Below, piece after piece: positions 11,649 to 25,171 of a stretch of DNA of 64,000 nt. The DNA comes from Eledone cirrhosa (lineage: Eukaryota). The position numbers and the translations under genes are program-made. The stretch's first letter is position 1. Each line of letters begins with the position of its first letter. The notes below the pieces were generated by a model that had not been told where the DNA came from, did no database searches, and saw only the letters and a list, made by a program, of their open reading frames with translations. The DNA lies in contig OZ024740.1 in NCBI GenBank assembly GCA_964016885.1, positions 397,482,001-397,546,000 on the forward strand, read 5' to 3'.

Positions 11649-12073
11649 AGTTCAACACTATCACAAGGTCTTTGTGTACATTTGGACTAGGTCTCTGGTT
11701 TGAGAATAACTTTCGTTCTTCTTCCCATCATCACAAAGGTTTTTTAAAAATAAAGGGTCATAGGTACTGTGTGCCTTTCTCTGATTAAGCAGTAAAAAAT
11801 AAATTATAATGGAATAACTTTAAGGTATCTTATGGATGGTGGCAGATGAAGACATCCCATTTACCACCCTTTACATTTCCTTCCTGTTCACATTTTTACT
11901 GCCCCTCCTCTCTCTCCCTCTTCTGAACAATAAAATTTAAATTATTTATGACTGTGTACAAAGGCTCTATACTTTGGAAGAGAAATAAGTAATGTGACAG
12001 CTATCCCTTTCTCCTAAGTTTTAAATGAAATCATTTCAACTGTGGACTGAAAATATGGTGTAGTTTCAGCTTG
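11645..12073 (+). repeat. ~430-bp direct duplication, copy 1 (copy 2 at 35390-35822)
   Basis: Colinear from AATCAGTTCAACAC to GTTTCAGCTTG in both copies. Confidence 0.92.
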
Positions 12074-12093
12074 ACCAATTAGTAAAATTATAT

Positions 12094-12419
12094 AGTGGTT
12101 AGAGCATTGGCCTTGCAATCGAAAGGTTGTGAGTTCAATTCTCAGACCGGGTGATTTGTTGTTTCCTCGAGCAAGATACTTTATTTCACATTGCTCTAGT
12201 TTACTCAGCTGTAGAAATGAGATGATAGGATTGGGATTCCCTATCATTCCACTGCAAAGTGGTCGTGGAGGTGCCACGGCAAAAAAAGCACCCAGCCCAC
12301 ATTGTAAATGAGGTTGGCGTTAGGAAGGGCATCCAGCTGTAGAGATCAAGCCAGAATCAGTTCCCGTCCCACCCTTGCAAGCAGGGAAAAGCGGACGTAA
12401 AAATGATGATGATGATGAT
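12094..12419 (+). mobile_element. tRNA-derived SINE with a V/CORE-like centre and an RTE-derived tail
   Basis: A-box TAGTGGTTAGAGC, B-box-like GAGTTCAATTC, GAGCAAGATACTTTA core, RTE 3' UTR homology and a (GAT)n tail. Sibling at 55582-55961. Confidence 0.85.
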
Positions 12420-12888
12420 ATATGACAGGAAAATAAAATTAACTATCCGCACATTGGAGTTGTTTGGCAACTGAATTTAGAGATGCAGGGGAATTAATTG
12501 TGTCATTGACCGGCGACGATATTTTTTACTTTCCATGGTAAACAATACTGCTGGTAAGAACAAAATGAAAAATAAATATACCAGCCTTTGTGAATTCTTA
12601 AATTTCTACAATCACTGTAAATCTATTTAGACACGTTCTATTATGGAACCAGCTTATTGTGACAACTTTGGGTCAGAGTTTTTGTTTTTTTTAGATTATA
12701 ACAGTTGATAAAATTAAGCAGATAATATAACTATAACCTGCTCGTGTTCGAGTCCCACTAATTTGATAACAACAATAATTCGATTAACAAATAAACAACA
12801 ACCATTGTATTTTTTAAAAATAAGGGTTGAAGAATGTACGAAACTAATAACTAAGATATGTAAACTAAATGTTTTTGTTCAAAACGTT

Positions 12889-12908
12889 GTTGCTGAGCAA
12901 CACACGTG
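12889..12908 (+). promoter_or_regulatory. Candidate RFX X-box plus E-box upstream of TTC29
   Basis: GTTGCTGAGCAAC (12889-12901) followed by CACGTG (12903-12908) in a locally CpG-richer stretch. Donor ACG|GTAATT at 13020. Confidence 0.45.
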
Positions 12909-13318
12909 CGTGCTTACCTCGTTCTACTCGGCTAATTTATTGGATTATTTTTATTCGCTGTGTAATTTAGTCAGCCGAAGAAGAAAAAAAACAGCTTTAT
13001 TTCATCGCAGGAGGAAACGGTAATTTCGAAATATATATTTTATATTTCAGTGATGGTTAGGCATATGTTTATCATTTGAAATATAAGCAAACCTAGTGAG
13101 CTATTCAGTTTTGATTCCAGCTATTCACCCCATGTACGACACTAATGACCATAAGAAAAATCAAAAATGGTACACATACCCACTTATTAATCATGCGGTG
13201 AAATGTTGAACACAGGACAACGCTGAACCATCGATTCTTTTCGGAAATATTACACGCTACTTTGGTTACTGTCTATGTATAAAAGTATCTAAAAATTACT
13301 TGATCTATTAATGTGAAT

Positions 13319-14300
13319 TCATCATCATCATCGTATTCCCTTAACCTTTTTGAGGTAGTTGGGACACTGTAGTATTGAACGGTGCACCAACTGCCTTCAT
13401 TTCTGGTGGTCATGAGCGAGTGCTTCGGTTGTGGCAAAGTTCTAAGTTATCCACTCAGCTATGTTGTCTGCCCAGCCTTCTCTTTCCGAACACTGTTCCT
13501 TGGGGAATTGTCTTAGAGAGTCTGTCTGATCTTGTTACATGCCCATACTACCTCAGCTTCCTCCTCTTCGCCGTGGTCAGCAGATATTCAAAGTAGATCA
13601 CGTGCTGAGCAATTCTTTTGTGTACCTCCTCGTTCGTGATGTGTTCTGTGTAGAAGATTCCCAGGATTCTTCTATAGCATCTCATCTCTACTCTTTGCAG
13701 TTCAGTGGTCAGGATCCATGACTCGCATGCGTATAAAAAGATGGATTAGACCAACGCTTGCTGGATTTTTATTTTGCATCTGAGAATTGATGTTTTTGTT
13801 TCTCCAGTTTAGCAAGTGCTGTGGCTGTTAGAGCACCTCTTGTAAGGACCTCTAGCTTGGATCCCTCTTGGCTGTTGATGGCACCAAGGTACTTCAACCG
13901 TGTCACACTCTCCAGCTCTTGACCACTGACATTGATCCTTCTCTCTGTTGGCTTTGTGGTATTTGTTATCAGCTTGGTTTTCTCAGCACTGATCTCCATG
14001 CCGTATCTGGTAGGAGTTACGTATGGACGGTTCAGCAGCTCAGCAAGTTCTTCACTTCCGGTTAGCCTGTTGATGTCATCAGCGAACCTGAGGTTTGTGA
14101 CTATTCATCCTCCGATACTGATTGTGCCAGGATTGCTTTCTAGGATGTTGGTCATGATTCACTCAAGGAAGATGTTGAACGGTGTTGGAGATAGAGGAGA
14201 GAACCCCGTTGGATGCCTACTGACATGTAGAACCAGTCTTCCATTGTGCTTTGGACAAGTACCCTTAAGAAACCAATTAGTAAACACATTTCCTTTTTGT
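13319..14300 (-). mobile_element. Degenerate RTE-type LINE fragment (RT domain to tail)
   Basis: LSPTPFNIFLE, NLRFADDI and MEISAEKTK on the minus strand, with a (GAT)n tail at 13319-13332. Confidence 0.82.
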
Positions 14301-14869
14301 CTTACTCCAAATTGTACTCTTTTGAAATGAGTAAAACTAGCTGTCAAGTTATGCCCATCATGAAAGGAGCAACCACTAATAAAGCTGTCTGAGTCAGAAG
14401 TTGTTTACTGTAGACAAAAAGCATATTAAATAGCATAACCATAAATAGGAGGTCGCAGCCATGTGACTGTGTGCTTTGTCAGACATGCAGAGGTTTCTGG
14501 GATGTTCCATTATGTGGTGAGAATAGATGTGAGTGGAGAGTGGTACTCATGTAGGTATTTGATAAATATGACAATTGAATGAGGGTGGTTACATGTTCAA
14601 TCCTGAGCAAAATATGTGTCCAGAAAATGTTTTGAATTCAACACATCACACCTTACTTCTCAAATTTTCTCTTCAGCTGCTAGCCTGTAACAATTCAAAC
14701 TTACATTGCATTAAGATCACAGTCTCTCTCTCTCTCTCTCTCTCTCTTTCACTCACTCACTCTCACCCTCTCTCTCAGTATATTCAAGTGAGGTAGCTAT
14801 AAGTATTTCTTCTCAATTCCTGGCTAATGATGTGTAAAAAAGAAAAGGAGCATACTACAAAGTTTAATA

Positions 14870-16100
14870 TTGGGATGACCAAAACATTCATTCAGTTTTT
14901 TAAGCAAAAATAAAATAAGTTTTAAACACAAACCAATCAATGATATAATTACAGTTTAATTTCAGTATCTTCTGCCATCTTGTGGGCAGATCCATTATTT
15001 CTTGTTCAAAGAATTTCCTGTATTTACTAGCGGAAAACTCTTCCAGGTGAATTTTTACATCATCTTCAGAGTTGAAGCTCTGTCCATTCAATGATTTTTA
15101 AAGAGACCAAAATAGGTGAAAATCTGAGGATGTAAGGTCAGGCAAATATGGTGTGTGCAGCAAAACTTCCCAGTCAAGCCCCAGTAGCTTCTGCAGCATC
15201 TGCAAAGAAATGTGATCTAGCATCGTCGTGATGCTAGATCACACATTTATGATTAGCAAGTGTTGGGCACTTCTGGTGAATCACTGCATTTAATCTGTCC
15301 AGCTGGTCACAGTACACTTCCAAATTGATGAGCTTGTACAGAAGAAGCTCATAAAAGACAACATCCATCCAATTCCACCAAATTAAAAGCATAACCTTCT
15401 ATGGGTGAAGTCCTGTTTTGGAGTTTGTGGGGGTTCACAACACTTCCCCAATGATTGTTTGTACTTCACATTGTTGTAGAAGATCCATTGTTCACCCCTG
15501 TCAACATTCTCTTAAATAAAGTATCATTTTCTTCATGTTCCTGCAAAGTAATGCAGATGGAAATCCGTTGGGCAAAGTTAACTTCATTCAATTGGTGTGG
15601 AACCCAAACATCTAGCCTGCTGACCTAACCAAGTTGATGCAGAGGGTTTTCAACATTCGATTTGGATATTTGGAGAATATCTGCAATCATTCAGGTCATA
15701 TAACAGAGGCTAGTGTCACTTAACTCATTCATTTTGTCACTGTTGGCTGGCCAGAATGAAGTCCATCTTGAACTGAAAAATTTCCTAATTGAAATCTTGA
15801 AAACTATTTCTGGCACACATGTTCCATAACACCATCCCCTTTGTACACAGTACATATCTTCCTGCAGGTTTCCATCACTTTCTTGCCTTTTTTTAAATAA
15901 AAAAGCATGAGGTGTCGATAATGTTTGCTTTGATTCTCCATTTTCAGAGTGATATGAAGACTACCTGTTGCAATGAAAGTTTGTGTTGAACTATGATAAA
16001 GTGTCAAGTATCTAACGAGAGCACATTCTTAAAGTACAAACTGAAGTTAACTACTTTTAGATTGCTTGAAGTTTAGTGTCAACAAAAACTGAACAGACTT
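14870..16100 (-). mobile_element. Near full-length decayed mariner transposon
   Basis: N-terminus MENQSKHYRHLMLFYLKKGK, C-terminus LPTRWQKI..NYIID, about 1.25 kb. TA|TTGGGATGACCAAAACATTCATTCAGTTTTT terminus, with a degenerate partner AAAAACTGAA at 16084. Confidence 0.88.
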
Positions 16101-16134
16101 TTATTTATTTCTTTTATTTCAGATTGTTTTAAAC

Positions 16135-16313
16135 ATGGCATTAGCTTTAAACAAGACGTATAAGGATGAGGTACCTGACAAATTGATTAACAAGTCAAAA
16201 GCATTACTCCACCCTTTAAACATGCCAATCAGTAAACAAGAAAGAAGTATACTAATGAAACAATTAAATCTGCGTGAACAATTACCTTTGATGTCAAAAA
16301 AAGAAACAGCCAA
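16135..16313 (+). CDS. TTC29: Tetratricopeptide repeat protein 29, coding exon 1
   Basis: Acceptor TTTCAG at 16122, ATG at 16135, LREQLPLMSKKETA, phase-2 donor AA|GTATTA that joins the next exon in frame. Confidence 0.8.
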
Positions 16314-17089
16314 GTATTATATTTCTTTATTTTGATAATGATTTATTTCTAGGTTGGTGAATTATCAGAAATAAGGAGAATTTCACTAGATGTTTTACAC
16401 TAATTTATTTCCCCCTTATATTTTCCTCTTATAAGTATTGATATAGTTAATTGTCATGTCTCTTGAAATTAAATCAGGCATTTTTGCCCATCGTTGTCTT
16501 TGACAGCATTTAGCTGTTTTGGCAGTTGTTCTAGCAATGAGTTTTCTCACTTTTATATGTATTCAAATACACTCTCGCTTTGTCTCAATTAAAGACAACA
16601 TTGGTTTTTCATTTATATATATATCTATCACCATTTAACATCTATTTTCCATGCTTGCATGGGTTAGATGGGTTGTCAGATTCTGAAAGAAGTATGGTCA
16701 GGTAACTATATTTTGCTCATACGATTCTGTTTCTGGCTCAGTTGCTATGGCTGGATGCCATTCCAAAACACCAACCACGTTACAGCATGGACTAGGTGCT
16801 TTTTATTGTGGCACCAAAACGGCCATATATATGTAGTAATAATAATAAATTTGAAGACTGAGTTTCAGAAGATCCCGTTAAGGGTGAAAGCAGCGATTCT
16901 TTGCTTAAACTTTAATCTGTTATTTTAATAAATATATATATATATATATATATAATGTGGAACTTTTCTGGATCTATATTCAAAGAAGGATTTTTTAGTT
17001 TCCTGAACCTCATTCTCCAAATTCTTTTGTGTTTCTGAGTTCATCTAGATTTTACTCTTTTAACACTATTGAATAGTTCATTACTATAT

Positions 17090-18185
17090 CATCATCATTC
17101 AAAGTCCACCATCCCTGCTAGCAACAGTTGGACAGGTTTTCACAGACCGAGTCAGTACTAAAGAGTGGCCACTAACCTCCCAGATAGGCCAGGGTTTGCA
17201 TTTTATTTACATATGGTTCTATCTTCTATCATGTTGACACAACTGAGGGGCCCTCTCAACCCTTTAGGCTTGGTTTCTACAACAGAGTACCCTTCCTATC
17301 GCCAACCATCTTACAGTGTGTATTGGATGCAGTTTTTGGCACCATCACTAGTGAGGTTGTTGGTCATTGTCCTAAATGAAAAGTCTTCACTGCTCTGTGA
17401 GATGGGGGGGGGGTGTAAGGGATATAGGAATGATCTAATGGGTGTATGGCAAGTGAGGTTTGATTTGACAGGGTACTTAGTAGGTAGAGTGGTGACTGAT
17501 AATATATAGAGAGAGGGGACATGGTAGTGGTGAGAATACCTAGGTGAAGATAGTGGGGAGTGTTGTGGATGGTGGGGTCACTAGCATGCAGCAGGGAGTG
17601 TAGTGATGAAGAAAATAGCTAAAAAGTGGGAGGGGTGAATAGGGATGGGGAGAGTGGCTACTAGGGTGCAATAGTGAGGGTATCTAAAGGCTTTAGAATG
17701 GGAAGTAGCTAAGGAGTGGTATTGAAGGGTGTATGGATGGGGGATGTAGTAATGTGTATTTACTAAAGAGTATAAGATGAAGTGAGAGACTTTGGGATAG
17801 GTCAGATTACATTGTATGCTGGTGGCTGGGTCATTACCAGCATAACTCCAACCCTTGCAGTCCTTTGTCATCTCTGTTGTGAGGTTTAGTTTCTTTAAGG
17901 TTGGTCTTCACAACCTCGACCCAAGTTTTCCTGGGTCTGTCTCTTCCACTAGGATTTTTCTGCATTTCTTTATGTAGCTGTCATCTTCAATACACATCAC
18001 ATGTCCATACCAACTCAGACTTCTCTCTTGCACACTACATCCAATTCCTCTTATGTCAAGTTTTTCTCTCAGTTTGCTTAGTCTATGTCGTTCAGGCACA
18101 CTAACATTACACATCCATTAGAGCATACTTGCATCATTTCTTTCTAGCCTTCACAGGTCTTTTGCACTCAAGGCCCATGTTTCAG
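17090..18185 (-). mobile_element. Old RTE LINE 3' fragment with a purine-rich segment
   Basis: ORF 17908-18114 LREKLDIRGIGCSVQERSLSWYGHVM. Tail-like CATCATCA at ~17090. Confidence 0.7.
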
Positions 18186-19536
18186 TGAATGATGTGTGAA
18201 TGCTTATTGGGTTTATATGAATGAATTATAATGTTATTCATTTATCTATATTTATTTATATGTCATGATTCAAGTATTTACAATTTTTTGTAAAATTTTT
18301 TTTCTCTTCATTATCAGAATATTTTGATAAAAGTTGTTTTGTTTTTGTTTATAAAAGTTGAATGTTTGTTGTAACTATCAGAAATTTCTGTGTTGGTAAA
18401 ACTGTTCTGACTCTAGTGTTGGGTCTGCCACAAATTTAAGTATGTGTGAAGGCTGCAATTCTTTTTTAGTGTTGGGTGACCAACTTTAGCAGGGTTAAAT
18501 AAATATTGGTTTGGCAGTGGTATAGTTGCCAGATGGATTTGTTCATTTGTAGAAATAGTGATGAAGTATGAAGATGATGAATGAGTAGCTTGTTGGTCGA
18601 GTAAGTGAAGTATGTCACAGTGAGTTGAGAAATTTTGCTATGTTCAAGGAACCAAGTAGTTGTACTCGTTTGTCGTGTTGTGATATTACTATGGAGAAGA
18701 TGATTTTTCCAAATCACATGGCCAAGAATTAAGAAATGAACAAAACTCTGCTAATTTAAATGTTCTTAGTTATATCTTTATTTACTTCAAAATCATGTGC
18801 AGCAATGAACGACAGAAAAAGATGCAAGTATAGCTGCTGTATGTTATGTGTGAAAATGCAGAATCCCATAGTAGTAATATATACTAACCTGTGTTGGTAA
18901 CAATCTCAGCTAGTGTCGATCCCAGCAATGCTGGCTAGAGAGTGTTTGTGGCTACATTGCATGGCAGACGAAACAAATTATCTGTTTGTTGAAGAGTTGA
19001 AAGCAAACTGTCTTTTGCCGAGTCAAAAAGCAGGATATCCTGGCGGTAGAAAATATTTTGTATAATGTATATAAGAATTAGATTGCCTAGAAACATTAAA
19101 CAGTAGGCTTTCCAATTGTCCTCTTTTCGGACACTCTGGTGCCATGGACTTCCTACAAGAGAATATTATCTAGGTTTTGGGCTCTGAGTTCACAAGTCAA
19201 TTTTTTGGTATCATGTGTGACAGAAACCCATCATGGGAAAAATATGTTGAGGTTTCACTACAAGTTTACATTTTGTGTTAAATACTACATAAGCTTATAT
19301 GGTAACTAATGGTTAAAAGATTAAAACACTCATAAAATGTTTAAAATAACCAATACAAATGCTTCTCAGACAGGGAATATCAAACACTTGGTCATGGCAA
19401 CTACCTCAAAGATTTGTGCAGTTCTAAAGATTTCCTTAAAATTACTGGTCAAACACCAGTTTTACTTTTTCAAATTTTTTACTTCATTTCAAATTCAGTC
19501 ATTTATTTATTTATTTAACTATTTATTCATTTATAG

Positions 19537-19751
19537 CTTCTGGAAAACATCAAAACATTTGATGTGTGTGGAACTGCTTTCACAAGGTTTTCATCAATCA
19601 TTTGATGAAATTTTCAATCTCATTCAAAAACAGAAGACATTAAGTGGTAGTGACATGGACTCATCTACAACTGTTTTTTTGGAAAATGACATGGAAAAAC
19701 TTGAAATAATTAAAGCACATTTAACTGAAGCAGAATCAGCAACAAGAAAAG
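19537..19751 (+). CDS. TTC29: TTC29 coding exon 2
   Basis: MCVELLSQGFHQSFDEIFNLI...EKLEIIKAHLTEAESATRK matches recalled TTC29 ICVDMLRDGYHKSFTELFAL...LTRAEDAERK. Boundaries TTATAG| and G|GTTGAA. Confidence 0.92.
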
Positions 19752-20089
19752 GTTGAATATGTTTATATATATATGTGTGTGTGTGTTCATAACTCTTAAT
19801 CGAACCATAGGGGCACCATCGTGTCTTAGGCACTTTAAACTTGGCAGAGCCCACCCCTTTTTCAGGTCTGAACACAGCCAATTTCTTCCAGAGAATGAGA
19901 TAGAGAAAGTGAGAGAAGAAGTGAAAAAGAGATAAAGAAAAAGAATTGACCCCAGTACTGGTACATTTTTTTATTAATCTCGAAAGGATGAAAGGTAAAG
20001 TTGACCTCTATGGAAATTGAACTTAGAGTATGCAGAGAGCCAGGAAGAATACTTCAAATGCCTCTATAGTTTTCTCTATCTACTGCACT

Positions 20090-21500
20090 TCCTTTTCCTT
20101 TGTAGCAGTTAACAATAATTCTGCTACGCCACTCATTCAGTATGACACCATTTAGTATTACCTGGTTTACAATATGAGTGATTAAGGTGTGACCCACCGT
20201 CCCAGATGCTTCAGCACCTCAGCAACTATCCCCGATGGACCAGCTGCTTTCTCCTCTTCATATCCTTAATTGCCTTACTTACTACACTTCTAACTTGTAT
20301 GGCTGCATCTTGTGTTGGGTCTGCTTGGAGTAGACTATCTTTCTCCCATGCATTCTTCTCATTCAGTAATCTTTCATAATGGCTCTTCCATGCTACTTTC
20401 TTTTCAGCATCCATGAAGGCATGTGCGCCTTTATCATCACAGACACACAATTTTCCCTGACACACTGCCTCTGGTCTTCACATTGCAAAACATGCTTAAA
20501 TTTTTTATCTTCTACTTCCCTCCTTGCAAAGTATACTTGTCGCCTAGCTTCCCTCTTAGCCTCTATTTAGTTTACCCTGCTTCCCCCATTCTTCCATTTT
20601 TTCCATGCCTGTCTCTTGGCCTTAATTCTCTTATCTACCTTACTGTTCCACCACCAAGACGCTCTCCTTCTCTCTGTATCCCTGCTCCAGCCACAGATTT
20701 CATCTGTCACCTTCAGCAGATTATTTTTCAGGAACTCCCAATTCTCCTCTATATTGAATGTCTGTATTTGTTCTTCCTTACTATCAAAAGCATCAAGCAA
20801 AATACCTCTGAATATGTTGCTGGCTGAGGGCCCTTTTAACTTCCATATCCTTCTCCTCCAGGTTGCCCTCTGTCTCCAAGTTTGTCTAAATTTTGTGTTA
20901 ACAACGATCACTCTATTTCATCCTCTGGTAAATATAAAGTCTATCTGACTAGCATGCTCACCAGATCTATAGGTGATCAGGTGGTTGTTGGGCTTTTTTA
21001 CGTTTCTATTGCATATCGATAGATTATTGGTGTCGCAGAATTCTAGAAGCCTGAAATCTTCTTCATTTCTTGTGCCAAACCCTTAGCCTCTATGGACTCT
21101 GTAAAAACCATCACCGTGTTGTCTAATGTGTCCATCAAAGTCCCCTGCAATGATAAGGAAGTCACTGTCACTTGTTAGGGTAGTAGTGTGCATTAGTGAT
21201 GTGTATGCAGATATAATTGTTACCATTGTTCTATTTAGGACTAGTCAAAGTTTAATGATTCTCTTGTTCACTCGAATTACTGAGATTACCTTAACTACCC
21301 ATTTTTCAGCTAATAAAATACCTTCTTCCCCCAGCCTACTGTCATTGCCCACCCAAAAGAATTTGTAGCACTGATTTTTGCCAACAAGGAGTCTAGCTGA
21401 CTCCCTTCTACATCTAATCTCTTGAACACAGCATACATCAATTTTCTTTTGCTCTAGCATCTCTACATCTCTCCTGTTCTTCCTTTAATTGTACTCACAT
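20090..21500 (-). mobile_element. RTE LINE fragment (AP endonuclease and linker)
   Basis: IDVCCVQEIR, IAGDFDGH, SQIDFI and WWWNSKV motifs with many stops. Confidence 0.88.
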
Positions 21501-21539
21501 CGATGGTGCCAGTCCTGAAGTTTGGAAGTTTGCAGAAGG

Positions 21540-22430
21540 ATTGTCAAAGAGAATCTTAAGAAGTACCCGTACAGAATACAGACTAAACAAGAGCTTGCTG
21601 TAGCTGAGAACCAAGATAAATACTATGGCTGAGAAAATGCTGGAGAAGATGGAAGCAACCCAAATTTTTTTAATCTGCTGTGAACCTCTGATGAAGCTTA
21701 CTTTCACTTCAAGAGGAAGATCAACTATAAGAAAAAAATTGTTATGGTGGTCAGAGAAACTCACTGAAGTAGCTGCGAAACCTCTCCACTCAGCTAAATG
21801 CACCATCTGAGCTGCCATTTCTGAGAGAGGGTTGATTGGCTCATTCTACATTGAAGGAAGTGGTGTCACTATTACAGTTACAAAGGAATAATATGTGGAA
21901 ACCCTGGAAGACTTCAAAAAGGAGTTAGAGACCATGGTGTACCCATCTCTAATGAATAAGTTCTGGTTCCAGCAACATAGAGCAAACCTTCACACCTTCA
22001 ACATGTCACGAGAATAACTGAAAAATAATTTTAGAAATCAGGTGATCAGTTTGAAGACTGATTTTGAGTGGGCCCCACACAACCTTAATTTAAGCCTCCA
22101 AAATTTCTTTCTTTGGGGCTATCTGAAAGACAGTGTATATACACCAACAAACCCAAGACCATCACTGAACTAAAGAAAAACACCAGGGAGGAGATCAGAA
22201 CCATCTCTAGGTCTGTTTGTAAAGATGTTATGTTAAATTTCATCATGTGCCTCAAAAAATGCATTGTTTCTAATAGGGATCACTAGGAACATGTGCTGTA
22301 ACTCTGGACAGAAACATCAGAGGATAGTGAATATTTGGTATGTTGTTTTTACTGATTTGAACTAAATATATTTGGAGTTTTATCAGTTTTTATTAAAAAA
22401 TGAATAATGTCTATTCAGGAGAACATTGTT
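21540..22430 (+). mobile_element. Decayed Tc1/mariner-superfamily transposase relic
   Basis: SDEAYFH, KPLHSAKCTI.AAIS..GLIG, WFQQ and NFFLWGYLKDSVY motifs across frameshifts. Confidence 0.82.
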
Positions 22431-22869
22431 GTTGAGGTGTTTATTTCTTATTTTGGTATGTAATGGAAATATGATTATGTTGTACATGTGTGTTCTTTAT
22501 TGGGGGTGGGCATGGTGTGTGTGCATCATGTTTGTCTTGATTAGCTATAGGTGTCTTGTATGGCTGTGTGTGGTGTGTTTGTTGTGTGATTGTTGGGTGG
22601 GGCAGTTGCAATTGGATAAAGGGAATGTAAATCCTTGGAAGTAGGTGGGATTTAGGTTCTACATGTGGGGCCTAAGTGGAAGTTGTATCGTCTTTTAAGA
22701 AGGTTCTATGGTACTCTTGTTAGAAAAGTATCTAATGAATAACTTTCTGTCAAATCTCCCTACCTTGCTCTCTCTCCCTCTCAAATTATAGTCTGTATTA
22801 TATTTTGAAGTGGATTGCAGAGAGATTGTGATAACAACAGAATAGGTTAGGTTTGGTCTGTTTGATATA

Positions 22870-23060
22870 CCACATCACCATCACCACCAACATAATTATC
22901 ATTACCACTACCACCATCATCACAACCCCCATCACCATAATTATCATCATCCTCACTCCTACCATCATAACCACCACTACCATCATCGCCACCACCACTA
23001 TCACCACCACCACCACCACCATCTTCCCCACCACTGTCATTATCACCATTACTACTACTA
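22870..23060. repeat. Degenerate (CAC/CAT)n trinucleotide low-complexity tract
   Basis: Visible directly. It produces the poly-Thr/Ile and poly-Val/Met ORFs. Confidence 0.9.
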
Positions 23061-23205
23061 CATGACTATGCAGTGTTCCAGATCCTTTTACCACACAAAC
23101 AAAAATGGATACTAAAACAAAGATGAGCATAACAAGCAGAATTAATATAATCATAATTGTTTGAATACTGTTACTTTTTACATTTTTGTGCTTATTTTTT
23201 CCTAG

Positions 23206-23391
23206 AGGATTTCCGCAAAGCTTATGATGCTCGCCTATGGCTTGCCAATTATTTCACTAGTAAAGATGACAAATGGCTTGCAGACCATTTCCACCAAACT
23301 TGTCTGGAAGTTAGTCGGCTTGTACGAACAGATGGAGGCAAAACATACGCTGAAGGATTTTGTAACATTGCACTTTCTTTGAAAGATAATG
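23206..23391 (+). CDS. TTC29: TTC29 coding exon 3 (probable GC donor)
   Basis: EDFRKAYDARLWLANYFTSKDDKWLADHFHQTCLEVS...DGGKTYAEG. Acceptor CCTAG|, donor AATG|GCATGT. Confidence 0.9.
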
Positions 23392-25171
23392 GCATGTATT
23401 ATATTGATTTGTTGATTGATTTTGTAAATTTCATTTTTAAATTGGTATAAAATAGTGGATGAAGTATTGAACCACCATCAAAACAGTTCAAATCAACTGC
23501 AAACATTTTGTTGTCCATTTGGAGAGTGCAGTTAATTCTAAGCCTTATACACTTCAGATCTTCAAGTTGCCAGTATTTGATTTCATTGGAATGTTTAACA
23601 GTGCTAGCCTAGCATCCTATACAGAGGAAGATACATCTCTCATCCACTCACCATAAAACTAGAACTATTGGCCTTTACATGTTCTGTAAAGTTTCTAAAC
23701 GTTTTTAATTTTTTTACCTCCAGTTTTATATAATCTCTGAAACAAGTGGCTTATCCCACCAGCAGATGCTTGCTACCTAGTTTATCAATCTCAAAAAGGT
23801 AGAAGGCAAATGTAATCCCAGCAGGAGCTGCAAATGATATTAGTCATTAACTAATATTGTTTTGTTGGGGTTTTTTTCTCCCCACTATTTGTATTTCTAG
23901 ATAACTTTTTAATACCTTATGCTTAAAATATTTTAGCACCAACTTAATCTTTATCTTTTGATATTTATCTGGTATCATAATTAAATTTAAAAAACCGTTG
24001 GAGAGGATCACTTACTATGTCCATACATAACCAAGACTCTTAAGTGGATGGCATCTTTGAAGTGTTTTGTACCGACTTTGGAAAGTGATATTAAAGTAGA
24101 GATGATGAAAGAGGAAAAGACAATACATTACATTGGAGGGAGTTGGTATACAGTTTGCTGATTAAGAGAAGCCAGAACCAAAGTAGCATTAGTTTAGACA
24201 AAGGAAAGATAGGTAGAGCTTGTTTGTTGACTAATGGTTAGAGCATGTTAACACTTAACATCCTATAATAATTCAGCAGAAAATGTCTAAAAACAGGTTT
24301 GCTAATTCAAATGCTTAAAGCATCTTTACTAGTTGACAAATCATTATAAAAATCTGTAATATTAGAGTAAGGACTTTAATTTTTAATGTACTGCAGTCAT
24401 GGTGCTATTTTATACTTTTCAAAAATGTTCTACTAATATAACTCCATGCATTACAAGATGTTAAGAGTTAATGTTTACCAATCAGATAGATGGCCTGTTT
24501 TGGAATACACTTTAGACTGCTGGTTTATTCAGCAGTTACATCATCCTACATATGTCAAAAGTACACCAATGTTGAATATTTTGGGTGTACATGGGATCAG
24601 GAACTGTTCAGACCTAAACCAATTTCTGGTCATCAAGTGAAATCACAGTCTTTGATGTTGTTGCCATGAAAGATCATTAGAAATTATGAGGCCTATCACT
24701 TTCAAAGTTATCATCCATTTGATCTTCATGAGAGGGAGTTTGTAATGTTGCAAGATTATTCTCTTGATATGTGTAGTAACTGCATCTTCATAATATTTAG
24801 TGTTTCGAGATTACATGCTTATATGCAGAAGGCTAAGGTAAAGTGGGTGTAATATTTTCTAAATATGTGTGTATATGTGTTTCGTTAGAGGTCCCTTTAA
24901 AAATATTGTTAATGTGCAGAAATTTGAATATAGAAGTTATAACACGGATTTAGACAGGTTTCTGATAGGAAACATCTGATTAAATAATTGATATATAGTT
25001 GGGGTTTTTTTAAGGGAGGGGGGGGGGGGGGGGGGCTCTTTAATCAAATCAATTACCCTCCTCCAATTTATAGAATTTTGCCAACATTAAAAATCTTCAG
25101 GATCTTCATTAGAATATTCTGTTGCCATGAGAAATCTTTTTATGATGATTTTCTACTTTTCATCATTGCAG

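Noticed and set aside
12094-12150. tRNA gene (also at 55582 and the heads of the Meta-like SINEs)
   Set aside because: A and B boxes are present but run straight into the SINE core and tail, with no complete cloverleaf.
22798-23154. Poly-Val/Met membrane protein or poly-Thr mucin ORFs
   Set aside because: Translation of a degenerate CAC/CAT microsatellite inside a TTC29 intron.
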